Shown: positions 28,127-38,054 of the stretch, piece after piece
Position numbering within the stretch: position 1 is the first letter of the stretch
Layout of the letters: every line of letters begins with the position of its first letter
DNA from: an uncultured Actinomycetes bacterium
GTDB taxonomy: Bacteria; Actinomycetota; Thermoleophilia; Gaiellales; JAICJC01
NCBI GenBank assembly: GCA_963729195.1
Contig: CAVSNF010000024.1
Span: 293,793-357,792, forward strand
Reading direction: 5' to 3'
DNA length: 64,000 nucleotides
Position numbers and translations under genes: made by a program
The notes under the pieces: generated by a model
What the model was told of the DNA's origin: nothing
The model's database searches: none
Seen by the model: the letters and a program-made list of their open reading frames with translations, nothing else

Positions 28127-28354
28127 GTGGTGCCCAGAGAACTCGAGCACGAGCTGCTCGACCAGATGCGTGAGTACTACCGCGACAACCCGGGTGTCGA
28201 GGTGATCGTCGACCGCCGCTACGGCGGTCCCAATGATCGCCGCCGCGGCGAGACCGGGGTCACGGACGAGCGCCGCGTGACCCGCGACCGCCGGCGCGCA
28301 CGCGCCATCGGCACGTTCCCGCGGATCGAAGCGTTCGACACCGCTGACAGCTGA
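28127..28354 (+). CDS. small Arg-rich hypothetical protein (~75 aa)
   Basis: GTG 28127 (AGGAG about 11 nt upstream) within track ORF 27692..28354. MVPRELEHELLDQMREYYRDNPGVEVIVDRRYGGPNDRRRGETGVTDERRVTRDRRRARAIGTFPRIEAF. No family recognised. Confidence 0.45.
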   Translation: MVPRELEHELLDQMREYYRDNPGVEVIVDRRYGGPNDRRRGETGVTDERRVTRDRRRARAIGTFPRIEAFDTADS

Positions 28355-28369
28355 TCGCCGGTTACATCA

Positions 28370-28961
28370 CTAGTTGAGCACCACGGAGCCGTCCGGCTCT
28401 GTGGCGGCGTTCCACTCTTGGAAGCGGTCGTCGATCTCCTCCAGCTCAGCGCCGCGGTGCTGCAGCGTGACCGGCTGGGCTCCCAGCATGTCGACGCGGA
28501 ACTGGTACCACGACAGCTCCCACGCGATCGTGACCACGACCTCGCGATGACTGCGCTGGATCACGCTCACCCGGGGATCGCCGAGGGTGCGGATGATCCC
28601 CGACACGGTGCGGCGGTGGCCCGACTCGTTGAACAGTTCGATGCCGGCTTCCACCACATCGTGGGGATCGTCGGGCAGCGCGGCCGGCTCGAACGGCGTG
28701 GGGCCGGCGTTGGCGTTGCGCTTGCGGCTCTGAAAGAGGCCCTTGAAGCCACGCGGCCGGGCCGTCCACATCTGCAACGGCACCGCCGGTGCGCCTTCCC
28801 GAATCCAGCCCGCGGGCGTCGGCGGCATCAAGGCAGAGCGGGCACACGTAGGCGTCGTCGTCAGCGTGACGGTGGTACGTCACGAGATGCTCTCCCAAGA
28901 GCAGCGACCGCCCGCAGACGGCGCATTCCGTCTCGATGTCATTGCGCTTGATTTCGATCAC
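28370..28961 (-). pseudogene. hypothetical protein with N-terminal CxxC...CxxC zinc ribbon; one +1 frameshift
   Basis: GTG 28961 MIEIKRNDIETECAVCGRSLLLGEHLVTYHRHADDDAYVCPLCLDAADARG. Hop at ~28815 to WIREGAPAVPLQMW...AGIELFNESGHRRTVSGIIRTLGDPRVSVIQRSHREVVVTIAWELSWYQFRVD... No family recognised. Confidence 0.5.
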
Positions 28962-29105
28962 ACAGATGTCCCGATTTTGACTCCCGCCCGCGGCCGTGAG
29001 TATACCGAAGTCACCGAAAGCCGCCGCAAACCGGGCGGTTCCCAGAATGGGCCAGGCTACCCGGTTTGACCTACCCAAACGTTTGCCGGTACCGTCCACC
29101 CTCAC

Positions 29106-30081
29106 ATGTGGGGACCGGGGAGAGGAACGGCTGCGGCAGGGCTGGTAGCGGCTGCCGCAACGCTGATGGGAGCGGGCATGATCGGCGCCGCCTCGCCCGG
29201 TCACGCTGCCCCCGCCGCCCAGGCCTCCGCCGTGATGCACCAGCTCGATGCCCTCACCGGCCGGCGCGCCCGCCTCACGGCGGCGGTGACCAAGCGCCAG
29301 GCACAGGTGGACGCGCTCACGGCCGCGGTGATCGCCGGCGAGCTGCGGATCAAGCGCGATCGCGCGGCTCAGACCCGCGTGCGCACCCGCCTGGCGGCGC
29401 TGCTGGTTGCCCAGTACAAAGGCCCCAGCGCCGATCCCGCGGCATTTCTGCTGGGAGCAGGGTCGCTTGACGAGCTGACGTCGCGGGCTGACACGCTCGA
29501 CCGGATCTCGGCCTCCCAGGCTGCGGTGATCGCGCAGCTCACCGCCGACGCCCGCAAGGCAGACGCCGACAGGGCCCGCACAACTGCGTTGCGCCGCACC
29601 GTGTCAGCCCGGCTGGCTGGGCTCACTGCCACCCGCGCCCAGATCGACCAGTCGATCGCCGCCCGCGAGCAGCTGCTCGCCCAGCTGACCGCCGCCACCC
29701 GCGCGGCGGTGCAGCACGAGCAGCACCGCCGGGCAACCCTGGCGACCGACACCGGCGGCGGGCAACGACAGCGGTGGCGGAGGGGCTCCGCCCCAGGGCC
29801 AGAGCTTCACCGGCGAGGTCACCTGGTACGGCCCGGGATTCGCCGGACAGCCGACCGCGTCGGGCGAGATCTTCGATCCCAGCAAGCTCACCGCCGCCAG
29901 CCCATGGCTGGCGTTCGGCACCGTGATTCAGGTCACCAGCACCGTCACCCATCGAAGCGTGACGGTGCGGGTCAACGACCGCGGCCCGTTCGGTCGCGGC
30001 GTGCTCGATCTCTCCCAGCACGCCGCCGCGGTGATCGGGCTCTCCGGCTGGCAGGTGTGCCGGATCCAGGTGGTCGGTTAG
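29106..30081 (+). pseudogene. secreted coiled-coil protein with C-terminal RlpA-like double-psi beta-barrel; one +1 frameshift
   Basis: Signal peptide and a long Ala/Arg/Gln coiled coil. Hop at GGG 29760-29762 to GGAPPQGQSFTGEVTWYGPGFAGQPTASGEIFDPSKLTAASPWLAFGTVIQVTS...VTVRVNDRGPF...LDLSQHAA (RlpA/DPBB motifs). TAG 30079-30081. Confidence 0.75.
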
Positions 30082-32129
30082 GCCTTGGCCAGCTCCCCGT
30101 CCTTGGCGGCGCTGATCAGCCCGCCGGCGACGTGTGCGGGCACTTCCTCGTAGCGCAGGAAGCTCATCGCATAGTCGGCCCGGCCACCGGTCATCGACGT
30201 CAGATCGGGAGCGTAGGTGAGCACCTCGGCCATCGGCACGTCGGCGTGGATGGTCGAGTAGCCCGCGCCTGGATCCATCCCCAGCACGCGACCGCGACGA
30301 CTGGTCATATCGCCGATCACATCGCCCACGTTCTCGTCGGGCACGGTGATGTCGAGCCGCATGATCGGCTCCAGCAGAGCCGGGTCGGCCTCGGCGACGG
30401 CTTTCTTGAACGCCATCGAGCCGGCGATCTTGAACGCCATCTCGGATGAGTCGACGGTGTGGTAGGAGCCGTCTACCAGGGTGACCTTGATGCCGACCAC
30501 CTTGGAACCGGTCAGATCGCCCTTCTGCATCGCTTCCTGGATGCCCTTGTCCACCGCCGGCCGGAACCCCTGCGGAATCACGCCGCCCACGATCTTGTCG
30601 ACGAACTCATAGCCCTCGTGGCTTCCCAGCGGCTCGATCTGGATATGACAGTCGCCGAACTGGCCCCGCCCGCCGGTCTGCTTCTTGTAGCGGCCCTGGG
30701 CCCGCGCCGGCTTGCGAATCGTCTCGAGGTACGGCACCCGCGGTGGGTGCAGGTCGACCTCGACCCCGAACCGCCGCGCGACCCGGTCGACAGTCACCTC
30801 GACATGCATCTGCGAGAGTCCGGCCACGATCATCTCGCCGGTCTGCGGATCGCGGTGGATGTCCAGCGCCGGATCCTCCTCGGCCAGCCGCCGCAGCGCC
30901 TGGTACACCTTGTCCTCCTCGCCCTTGTGGCGAGGCTCGATCGCGAACGACACGACCGGCGCCGGGAAGGCCAGCGGCTCGATCTCGGCAGGATTGTCAG
31001 CGTCCGACAGCACGTCGCCCGTGCCGGTCTCCTTGAGCTTGGCCACCGCCCCGATCGATCCCGGGCCGAGCGCGTCGATGGGCGTGTGATCCTTGCCCTG
31101 AATCTGCAGCAGCTGGCCGATCCGCTCCTTGGCGTGGGAGTGGTTGTTGGTCAGGTTCGAGTCGGATGTGACCGTGCCGGCAAACACGCGCATCAGGTTG
31201 ATCTTGCCGCTGAACGGGTCGGCCACCGTCTTGAACACGTAGGCGAGTGTGTTGGCGCCCCCCACCTCGGGCACGTTGCGCGCCCGCGCCGGCGAAGGCA
31301 GACCTTCCACGATCAGGTCGAGCAGCCCGTGGGAGCCGATGTTTCGGGTGGCAGCACCACAGCCGACCGGAAACAGCTCGCCCTCGGTGACCAGCTTCTT
31401 GAGCGCCGCGGCCATCTCCTCGCGGGTGATCTCGTCGCCCTCCAGGTACCGCTCCATCAGCTCGTCCGACGTCTCCGAGACCACGTCCATCAGCTTGTCG
31501 TGGTACTCGTCGGCGATAGCCCGCACATCCTCGGGGATCTCCACCGCCTCGTCGTGCCCGGAGCCGTCCCCGCTGTGGTCGTAGGCGACCATGTGCACCA
31601 GGTCGACAACGCCGTGGAACTCGGTCTCCGAACCGATCGGGATCTCGACCGCCACACACCGATCGGAGAGCTGGCTGCGCAGGCCTTCGAGCGCGGTGAA
31701 GAAGTCGGCCCGTTCACGGTCGAGCATGTTGATCAGCACCAGCCGCGACAGTCCCAGCTCGTCGCATCGCCTCCACACGCGACCGGTTCCGACCTCGACG
31801 CCCATGACGCCCGACACAGTCACGATCGCCCCCTCCACCACCCGCAGGGTCGAGAGCACATCTGCCTGGAAGCTGGGCTCGCCGGGAGTGTCGATCAGGT
31901 TGATCGTGCGTCCCTCCCACTCCAGGTGGGTGATAGCCGCCGAGATCGACATGCCCCGGCGCTTCTCCTCCTCGTCGGTGTCGCACACGGTCGACTGCTC
32001 GGCCACGGAGCCCAGACGGTTGATCGTCCCCGACTCGTACAGCAGCGCTTCGACCAGGGACGTCTTGCCGGTGCCGCGGTGACCGATCACCGCGACGTTG
32101 CGAATCTTGCCGGGCTCCTTCACAGGCAT
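30078..32129 (-). CDS. fusA2: elongation factor G paralog (EF-G2/FusA2-like)
   Basis: Intact 683 aa with five EF-G domains. G1 is AVIGHRGTGKTS and G3 is IDTPGEPSF, where the canonical motif is DTPGH, so the catalytic His is replaced. G4 is INMLD. Domain IV/V motifs include YKKQTGGRGQFG. Confidence 0.85.
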   Translation of the reverse strand: MPVKEPGKIRNVAVIGHRGTGKTSLVEALLYESGTINRLGSVAEQSTVCDTDEEEKRRGMSISAAITHLEWEGRTINLIDTPGEPSFQADVLSTLRVVEGAIVTVSGVMGVEVGTGRVWRRCDELGLSRLVLINMLDRERADFFTALEGLRSQLSDRCVAVEIPIGSETEFHGVVDLVHMVAYDHSGDGSGHDEAVEIPEDVRAIADEYHDKLMDVVSETSDELMERYLEGDEITREEMAAALKKLVTEGELFPVGCGAATRNIGSHGLLDLIVEGLPSPARARNVPEVGGANTLAYVFKTVADPFSGKINLMRVFAGTVTSDSNLTNNHSHAKERIGQLLQIQGKDHTPIDALGPGSIGAVAKLKETGTGDVLSDADNPAEIEPLAFPAPVVSFAIEPRHKGEEDKVYQALRRLAEEDPALDIHRDPQTGEMIVAGLSQMHVEVTVDRVARRFGVEVDLHPPRVPYLETIRKPARAQGRYKKQTGGRGQFGDCHIQIEPLGSHEGYEFVDKIVGGVIPQGFRPAVDKGIQEAMQKGDLTGSKVVGIKVTLVDGSYHTVDSSEMAFKIAGSMAFKKAVAEADPALLEPIMRLDITVPDENVGDVIGDMTSRRGRVLGMDPGAGYSTIHADVPMAEVLTYAPDLTSMTGGRADYAMSFLRYEEVPAHVAGGLISAAKDGELAKA

Positions 32130-32175
32130 GTATGGCCTCCAAGGCTTGGAAGTACGTCGCTAGACGCCTTCCAGA

Positions 32176-32955
32176 CTACCGCACTGGTGGAGGCAGGCTG
32201 CCGTGCAACTTCGCCTTCAAGCGAAGGATGGCCTTGGTGTGGAGCTGCGACACACGGGACTCCGTGACACCCAGCACGTCGCCGATCTCGCGCAGCGTCA
32301 GCTCCTCGTAGTAGTAGAGCGTGATCACCGTCTTCTCACGTTCGGGCAGCTTCGAGATCGCGTTGGCCAGCGACTCGCGCACTTCGGTGCGGGTCATCTC
32401 TGCCGACGGGTCATCGGCGTTGGGATCTTGCAGCGTGTCGATCAGCGAGACCGTGTCGCCACCCGACGACGAGATCGTCCAGAGCTCGTCCAGGGCGGCC
32501 ACCGACGAGCGCGAGATCTGGGTCAGGCTGTCTTGGAACTCCTCGCCGGTGATGTCCAGGTGCTTGGCGATCTCCTCGTCGGTGGGAGGCCGATGCAGCT
32601 TGTGCTCGAGCTCGACGATCGCCCGCTCGATCTCGCGGGCGCGGCTGCGCACCGACCGCGGCACCCAGTCGAGCGACCGCAGCTCATCGATGATCGAGCC
32701 CTTGATCCGGCTGATGGCGTAGGTCTCGAACTTGGTGTCACGCCCCGGGTCGAAGCGCTCGATCGCGTTCATCAACCCCAGCAGGCCGTAGGACACCAGG
32801 TCGCCCTCTTCGACGTGGGCCGGCAGGCCGGTGCCCAGCCGGCCGGCGACGTACTTGACCAGCGGCGCATAGGTCAGGATCAGGCGGTCGCGCAGCCGGG
32901 GATCGGCTGTGCGTTTGTATTCCTCCCAGATCGCTACGGAGTCGTCGGCCATCAC
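32176..32955 (-). CDS. FliA/WhiG-family sigma-70 factor
   Basis: Intact 259 aa. DRLILTYAPLVKYVAGRL...GDLVSYGLLGLMNAIERFDP...FETYAISRIKGSIIDELRSLDWVPRSVR...LTLREIGDVLGVTESRVSQLHTKAILRL. Confidence 0.85.
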   Translation of the reverse strand: MMADDSVAIWEEYKRTADPRLRDRLILTYAPLVKYVAGRLGTGLPAHVEEGDLVSYGLLGLMNAIERFDPGRDTKFETYAISRIKGSIIDELRSLDWVPRSVRSRAREIERAIVELEHKLHRPPTDEEIAKHLDITGEEFQDSLTQISRSSVAALDELWTISSSGGDTVSLIDTLQDPNADDPSAEMTRTEVRESLANAISKLPEREKTVITLYYYEELTLREIGDVLGVTESRVSQLHTKAILRLKAKLHGSLPPPVR

Positions 32956-33852
32956 GCTCGCGGGTGTGAAGAAGCATGCGCCGCCCGCAGGTGGCGCACA
33001 CTTACATGGGTATACACCTGGGTCGTCGAGACGGAAGCGTGACCCAGAAGCTCCTGAATACTACGAAGATCGGCACCACCTTCGAGCAGGTGGGTGGCAT
33101 AGGTGTGGCGCAGGGCATGCGGCGATCGATGGGCGATGCCGGTGCGCGCCAGCCGCCGCGACAGCGCGCGGCGAATATCTGAGGGGCTCAGCGCGCGGCC
33201 GCGGACACTCACAAACAGCTCCCCAACCTGGGTGTTCGCAGCAAGCTTTGGCCGGCCGAGCTCGAGATATGCCCGGATCGCGGATACCGCATCGGTTCCC
33301 ATTGGCAACACACGCTGCTTTCGACCCTTCCCCTCGACCTTGATGGTGCGCTCGCCGAGATCGACGTCGGCGACCCGCACGGTACATGCCTCACCGGCTC
33401 GCACCCCACACGAGTACAGCAAGTTCGAGCAGGGCATGATCGCGCAGAGCGCGGGGATCGTCGCCGACGACGGGCTCCAGCAAGCCGCTCGGTTTCGGCG
33501 CGGGAGAGCGTCGCCGGAAGGGTGCGCACCCGCTTCGGACCGGGAACGACCGCGGCCGGGTCAAGCTCGGTGACTCCGCGGGAATGAAGCCAGGCATGAG
33601 CGCTGCGCACGGCCGAGAGCTTCCGCGCCGCGGTGGCCGGCGCGTATCGCATGCGTGCCGAGATAGGCGGCGTAGCGGCGAAGCAGCTTCACGTCGACCT
33701 GGGTCGAGGTCGGTGCCCGACGCCGACAGCCAGCGGGTGTACTGCCCCAGGTCGGTGGTGTAGGCGCGGATGGTGTTGGGAGATGCGCCGCTCGCGCGCA
33801 GCCCATCGAGGAAGCGCGCAAGCCGATCGTCGGTGTCAGGGCCGGCGGGCAT
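32952..33852 (-). pseudogene. xerC: tyrosine recombinase XerC/XerD family, frame-disrupted as written (four +1 insertions)
   Basis: ATG 33852 MPAGPDTDDRLARFLDGLRASGASPNTIRAYTTDLGQYTRWL, then QVDVKLLRRYAAYLG, then RYAPATAARKLSAVRSAHAWLHSRG...RTLPATLSRAETERL, then LEPVVGDDPRALRDHALLEL, then LYSCGVRAGEACTVRVADVDL...HALRHTYATHLLEGGADLRSIQELLGHASVSTTQVYTHV. Minus-strand frames run 0>2>1>0>2. Confidence 0.85.
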
Positions 33853-33896
33853 CGTGGCCCCAACGCTATTCGAGTCGTGGAGGGGGTGTCCTGCCG

Positions 33897-34121
33897 TCAC
33901 CGGCTGCCCCGCACGCCGAAGTCCCGCAGTGCCAGATCGGCCATCCAGACGCCGATCGCGGCTGCGGCCACGGCGATCACCCACACGCCTCCGCGCACCG
34001 CTGCGTAGCCGATTCCGATCAGCGCCGCAGCCAGCACCGCGAACAGGATGCCGCGGGCTCTGGGTCGAGGAGACGAGGTGGACACCGGCAAACCGTAGCC
34101 GCCGGTGCCCACCTCTCGCAT
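33897..34121 (-). CDS. small two-TM membrane protein, hypothetical
   Basis: 74-aa ORF with two hydrophobic helices (GILFAVLAAALIGIGYAAV; VWVIAVAAAAIGVWMADLAL). Confidence 0.4.
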   Translation of the reverse strand: MREVGTGGYGLPVSTSSPRPRARGILFAVLAAALIGIGYAAVRGGVWVIAVAAAAIGVWMADLALRDFGVRGSR

Positions 34122-34127
34122 CCCCGT

Positions 34128-35346
34128 TTAGCCGCGCAGACCCCTCAGAATGGCGAACCGCTGCTGGGGCTTGCCGTGCACGCCGGTGAAGTCGCCACCG
34201 ACGTAGACGCTGCCCTTGCCGTTCTTGAGTGCCCATACGCCGAGCACACCGGCGGTCGAGCTGAGATCGGGATTCCAGGCCATCAGCGCGCCCTTGGGCG
34301 AAAGCATGAACACCTTGCCGCGCTTGATCCGCTTGGAGTTGCCGTACTCACTCATGGCGACGTTCGGCTTGGGAGCGACGTTGTCGCCGTGCATGCCGAA
34401 CACGGGATAGCCGGCGATGGTGGTGACCGCCTGGCAGTTACCGTCGGTCTTGAAGTACCAGCGCTGCTTACCGCTGTTGGCGTTGTAGGCCAGCGCGGTA
34501 CCGCCCGGCCCACCCTCGGCGGCATACAGCCGATGCCCGGTCAGCGTGATGTCCAGGATGATGGCCGAGGGATGGTCGGCCCATCGGCTGATGCGGCCCT
34601 TCTTGCGGGAGACAGCAGCCAGGTTCGGCTGCGGAGTTGCCGTTGACCGAGCTGAACTCGCCGGCGAAGATGACGCGGCCGTTGTGGCGATCGACCACGA
34701 TGTCGCGCACCGAGCCGTTCACCGAAGGCGCCCAGCCGGCCAGCTTCATGTGGCCGTGGTTCAGCACCAGCTTGGCAACCTTGGAGCGCTTCTTGCCGCC
34801 CACGGAGCTGAACGACCCGGAGAAGTAGATGCCGCTGGGCGTCGCCGCAATCCCGCGCACCTGCCCGTTGATCTTGAGATCGCCGATGCGGGGCACGAGC
34901 TTTCCGGTCTTGATCCGGAACGCGGCCAGATTGTGATGCGGCTTGCCGTTGATGCTCGAGAACTGGCCGCCGACGTACAGGTACTTGCCGTTGGGTGAGG
35001 GCGTGACCGCATACACGCGACCGTTCACATTGGGATGGAACGGCAGCAGGCTTCCGGTGGGAGAGACGGCAGCGAGGTGATTACGCGTCACCTGGCGGCC
35101 CGAGTGGTTGGCCATCTTGGTGAAATCCCCGCCCAGGAACACGTGCTTGCCAACCCGCGCCAGGTCATCGACCCGGCCCTCTTCCTTGTTGGCATGCGAC
35201 CAGTTCGGTACGACCACCTGCCATGAGGTCACGGCTGTGGTAGCCACATGGGGACGAACGGTAGCTGCACCGGCGGTGCCGGCAAGGGCGGTGAGTGCGA
35301 CCGTGGCGGCGACAGCCGGCACGGCGAGCCTCATGGATACACGCAT
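34128..35346 (-). pseudogene. secreted beta-propeller repeat protein (delta-60/DUF5122-like repeats); one +1 frameshift
   Basis: Signal peptide MRVSMRLAVPAVAATVALTALAGTAGA. The repeating unit is GGDFT/GGQFSS/GSFSSV..G..R..LAA...G.L..W.P..NG.V. Hop at ~34625 to NLAAVSRKKGRISRWADHPSAIILDITLTGHRLYAAEGGPGGTALAY...VYVGGDFTGVHGKPQQRFAILRG. Confidence 0.65.
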
Positions 35347-35564
35347 GAATCAAACCTCTCTCGGGAGCGGAATCGGTGGAGCGCGGCGCTGACCTGGGCC
35401 AGACCGGCGTGACGTTACTGACCCCATCGGTCTGTGAACGCCAGTTCTTGCGCGTTTCTCCAAAGTGTTTACAGGCGCTTTACCAAAGCCTGGTGAATAG
35501 TCCGCAAACAGCGGGATTCCAACGAAACCGGCCGGAGCATCCACTACAGTCGCCAGTCACCTGG

Positions 35565-37625
35565 ATGCGACGCGCCGCCTACGCCATCGGATTCGTTCTC
35601 GCCGCAGGCGCTCTCACCCGTCTTGGGGGCGCCGTATTGCCGGCCCAAGCGGCGATGGTGCTGGCCGGGATCACCGCGCTGGGGGTGCCGGGCTGGGCGC
35701 TGCTGCACGTCAGCGGCCTGCGAGCGCGGCTGGATACCGTTGCCTGCCTCGGCCTCGCAGTCGTCTCAGGATTGGCCGTGTGGGCCGTGGCGCTGGCCGT
35801 GGGAGTGATCGTGGGGCTGCCGTTCTCGGCACTGCTGGTGGCGGTCGGGATCGCCTCGATGGCGGGGTTGGCACGCGAGACGCGAGACGCGGCCGGCCCC
35901 TCGACTCGACATCGGCCTGGCGGTCGCCGGCACCACCGCCGTGATCGTGCTGGCCACCCGCTGGCAGTGGTCGCTGTACGGCGACGAGGTGTTCCACACC
36001 GGTCGTATCCGCAAGCTGCTGGCGCTCGACCGGCTCTCGCTGGAAGGACTCTCCTCCTACTTCCACGGGCCGCTGCACGCGGGCTACGCGTTTCCGCTGC
36101 TGCATGCCGGCCAGGCCGCGATGACCTCCCTGTCGGGCCTGGACGCGGGCGTGGCCTACCCGAACATGTCGCCGTTCTTCGCCGGCGTGTTCATCCTCGT
36201 GTCGTACGCCGCCGGTCGATCCCTGGGCGGAACCTGGGTTGGTGTCGCCGCAGCGTTGCTGGCGTTCGCCAACTCGATTCCCGTGCACGAGCCGTTCCTG
36301 GGGATGATGCAGTGGCCCGGGCCGTTTGCCTTCTACGTGCTCACCACGGCCGCGATCGTCGTGTTGGTCGAGCTGATGCGCGCTCCCGACCGGCGCTTGG
36401 GGATCGCCCTGGCGGCGGTGGTGGCCGAGGTCGCGATCATCCATCCCACCTACGCGATCGGGCCGCTCACGATCATCCTGGGCGTCGTGCATCCTGTGCC
36501 GATCGGCGTGGCGATCCGCTGCCGGAGCGGTGATCGCAGCGGCAGTGGTGCTCGGATGGATCTGGTGGGTGGCGCTGCGCGGCGTCCATCGGGCCCCGCC
36601 GGCATCAGGCTCGTGGAAGGTGCCGCAGACACAGCGACTACGTCTTCTTCGGCGATCACGCCATCTCGCTGACCACCCGCAACATCGTCCACGGACAGCT
36701 GATGGTCGAGCTCGCGCTGGTGGCGATGCTGGCGTTGCTGCTGGCATGGAAACGCCGGTACGGACTGGCCGGGGCGATCATGGCCGGACCGCTGGTGCTG
36801 GTTGCGCTGCCCGGCCCGATGGCGGTCTTGAACTCGGCTCGCCGGAGCCAACCAGATGCACCGCATGTGGGCGATCGTGCCGTGGCCGTTCACGCTCGCC
36901 TTTGCGCTCGCGGTGGCGGTTGCGTCGCGTCGCCGCTGGGTGATCCTGGGCGTCTCGGCCGTGCTGCTTTTGGCTGCCGCCGCCGAGCACGCCAACATCG
37001 TCAAGCTGGAGCGCCAACAGTCATGGTTTCCGATGGCCGTGATCGCAGTCGGCATTGATCGTGATCGCGGTCTGGTTCTGGCTTCGGGGCGAGCGGGCAG
37101 GCACCGAGCTGCCGCCTGCGAGCGCGCGCTGGTGGCCGGCGGTGATCGCCGCGGTGCTGGTCTGCGGAGTGCTCGGCGGCTCTGCAGGGACGTATGCCCA
37201 CGTGCTCAAACACCGCTACAAGGCGCCCACACCTCGGCCGATTCCGCGCGGCCGTGGTCGACGCGATTCGGCCGATCCCCGGGCAAGGCCACCTGCCGGT
37301 GGTGCTGGGCACCCCCGATCTCTCCTACCGGCTGGTGGGTGCGGCGCCCGTGTACGTCGCCGCGGTGCCCGAGGTGCGAAGCCGAGCCGAGCCGCGCGCC
37401 CACCCCGCGCAGCGCCGCGCCCTGATCCGCGAGTTCCTCGACGAGAGCACCACGCCCGCACGGCGACTCGAGATCGCCCACCACTTCGACACCGACTACG
37501 TGGTGCTGAACAGCCAAGACGGCGTAACCCCGCTGATGCGGATGCTGAACAGCGATCCCAACTACCAGCTGGTCAAGCAGTACGAGGCAGACGGGGTCAC
37601 CTACGCCGTGTACAAGCTACGTTGA
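35565..37625 (+). pseudogene. large polytopic membrane protein, GT-C-like glycosyltransferase candidate; about six +1 frameshifts
   Basis: ATG 35565. Fragments run in frames 0>1>2>0>1>2>0 (track ORFs 35376, 35941, 36530, 36702, 36856, 37055, 37194). At least 10 hydrophobic helices, an early loop WQWSLYGDEVFHTGRIRKL, and a soluble C-terminal domain HLPVVLGTPDLSYRLVG...DTDYVVLNSQDG...YQLVKQYEADGVTYAVYKL. Confidence 0.5.
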
Positions 37626-37629
37626 TGCG

Positions 37630-38042
37630 ATGAACCGGTCGCTGATCCGCCCCGCGGTCGCGGGAGCCACCGCAGCCGCTGTGTGGGCGGCAGCCGAGGT
37701 GCCGCTGGCTCGCGCGCTCGGACACCGGATTCACCGACGTCGGCCTGCTGGGACGCTGCAGCGGGCTCCCGGGGCGGCTGGGCACTGCCGCCGGCGTCGG
37801 CATCCACCTCGCCAACGGGGCCGCCTTTGGAGTGGCGTTTGCCGCACTCGGAGGGCGAGGCGCCCGAGCCGGTTTCGCCGCCGCCGAGATCGAGGGTACG
37901 GTGCTGTGGCCGATGATGCGCATCCTCGACCCGCGAGCACTTCACCAAGCGAGTATTCGCGCAGGAAGTCATCACCCACGGCCTGTTCGGCGTGGTGCTC
38001 GGCCTCACCATCCCTCGCAGCGCAGCCCGCACGACGTTGTAG
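37630..38042 (+). pseudogene. small membrane protein, hypothetical; two +1 frameshifts
   Basis: MNRSLIRPAVAGATAAAVWAAAEVPLARALG, then TGFTDVGLLGR...GIHLANGAAFGVAFAALGG...EIEGTVLWPMMRILD, then EHFTKRVFAQEVITHGLFGVVLGLTIP...TTL*, with TAG at 38040-38042. Frames run 1>2>0. Confidence 0.45.
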
Positions 38043-38054
38043 CATCGCTCCTCG

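Noticed and set aside
28962-29105. Possible c-di-AMP (ydaO-type) riboswitch upstream of the RlpA-like cell-wall gene, as seen before actinobacterial rpf/cwlO-type genes
   Set aside because: I could not find the conserved cores I recall for that class (GGGGACCCA, GGGGUGAAUC, CCGAACCCGACAGCUAACC) in the 144-nt leader. A covariance-model scan would be needed to be sure.
30459-32267. 602-aa plus-strand ORF
   Set aside because: It is antisense to the intact, strongly conserved EF-G paralog.
32952-33852. Tyrosine recombinase as the integrase of the adjacent accessory block
   Set aside because: The sequence and its neighbours (whiG side of the conserved cluster) match housekeeping XerC/XerD. It is not adjacent to the tRNA, and no att-like duplication was seen.
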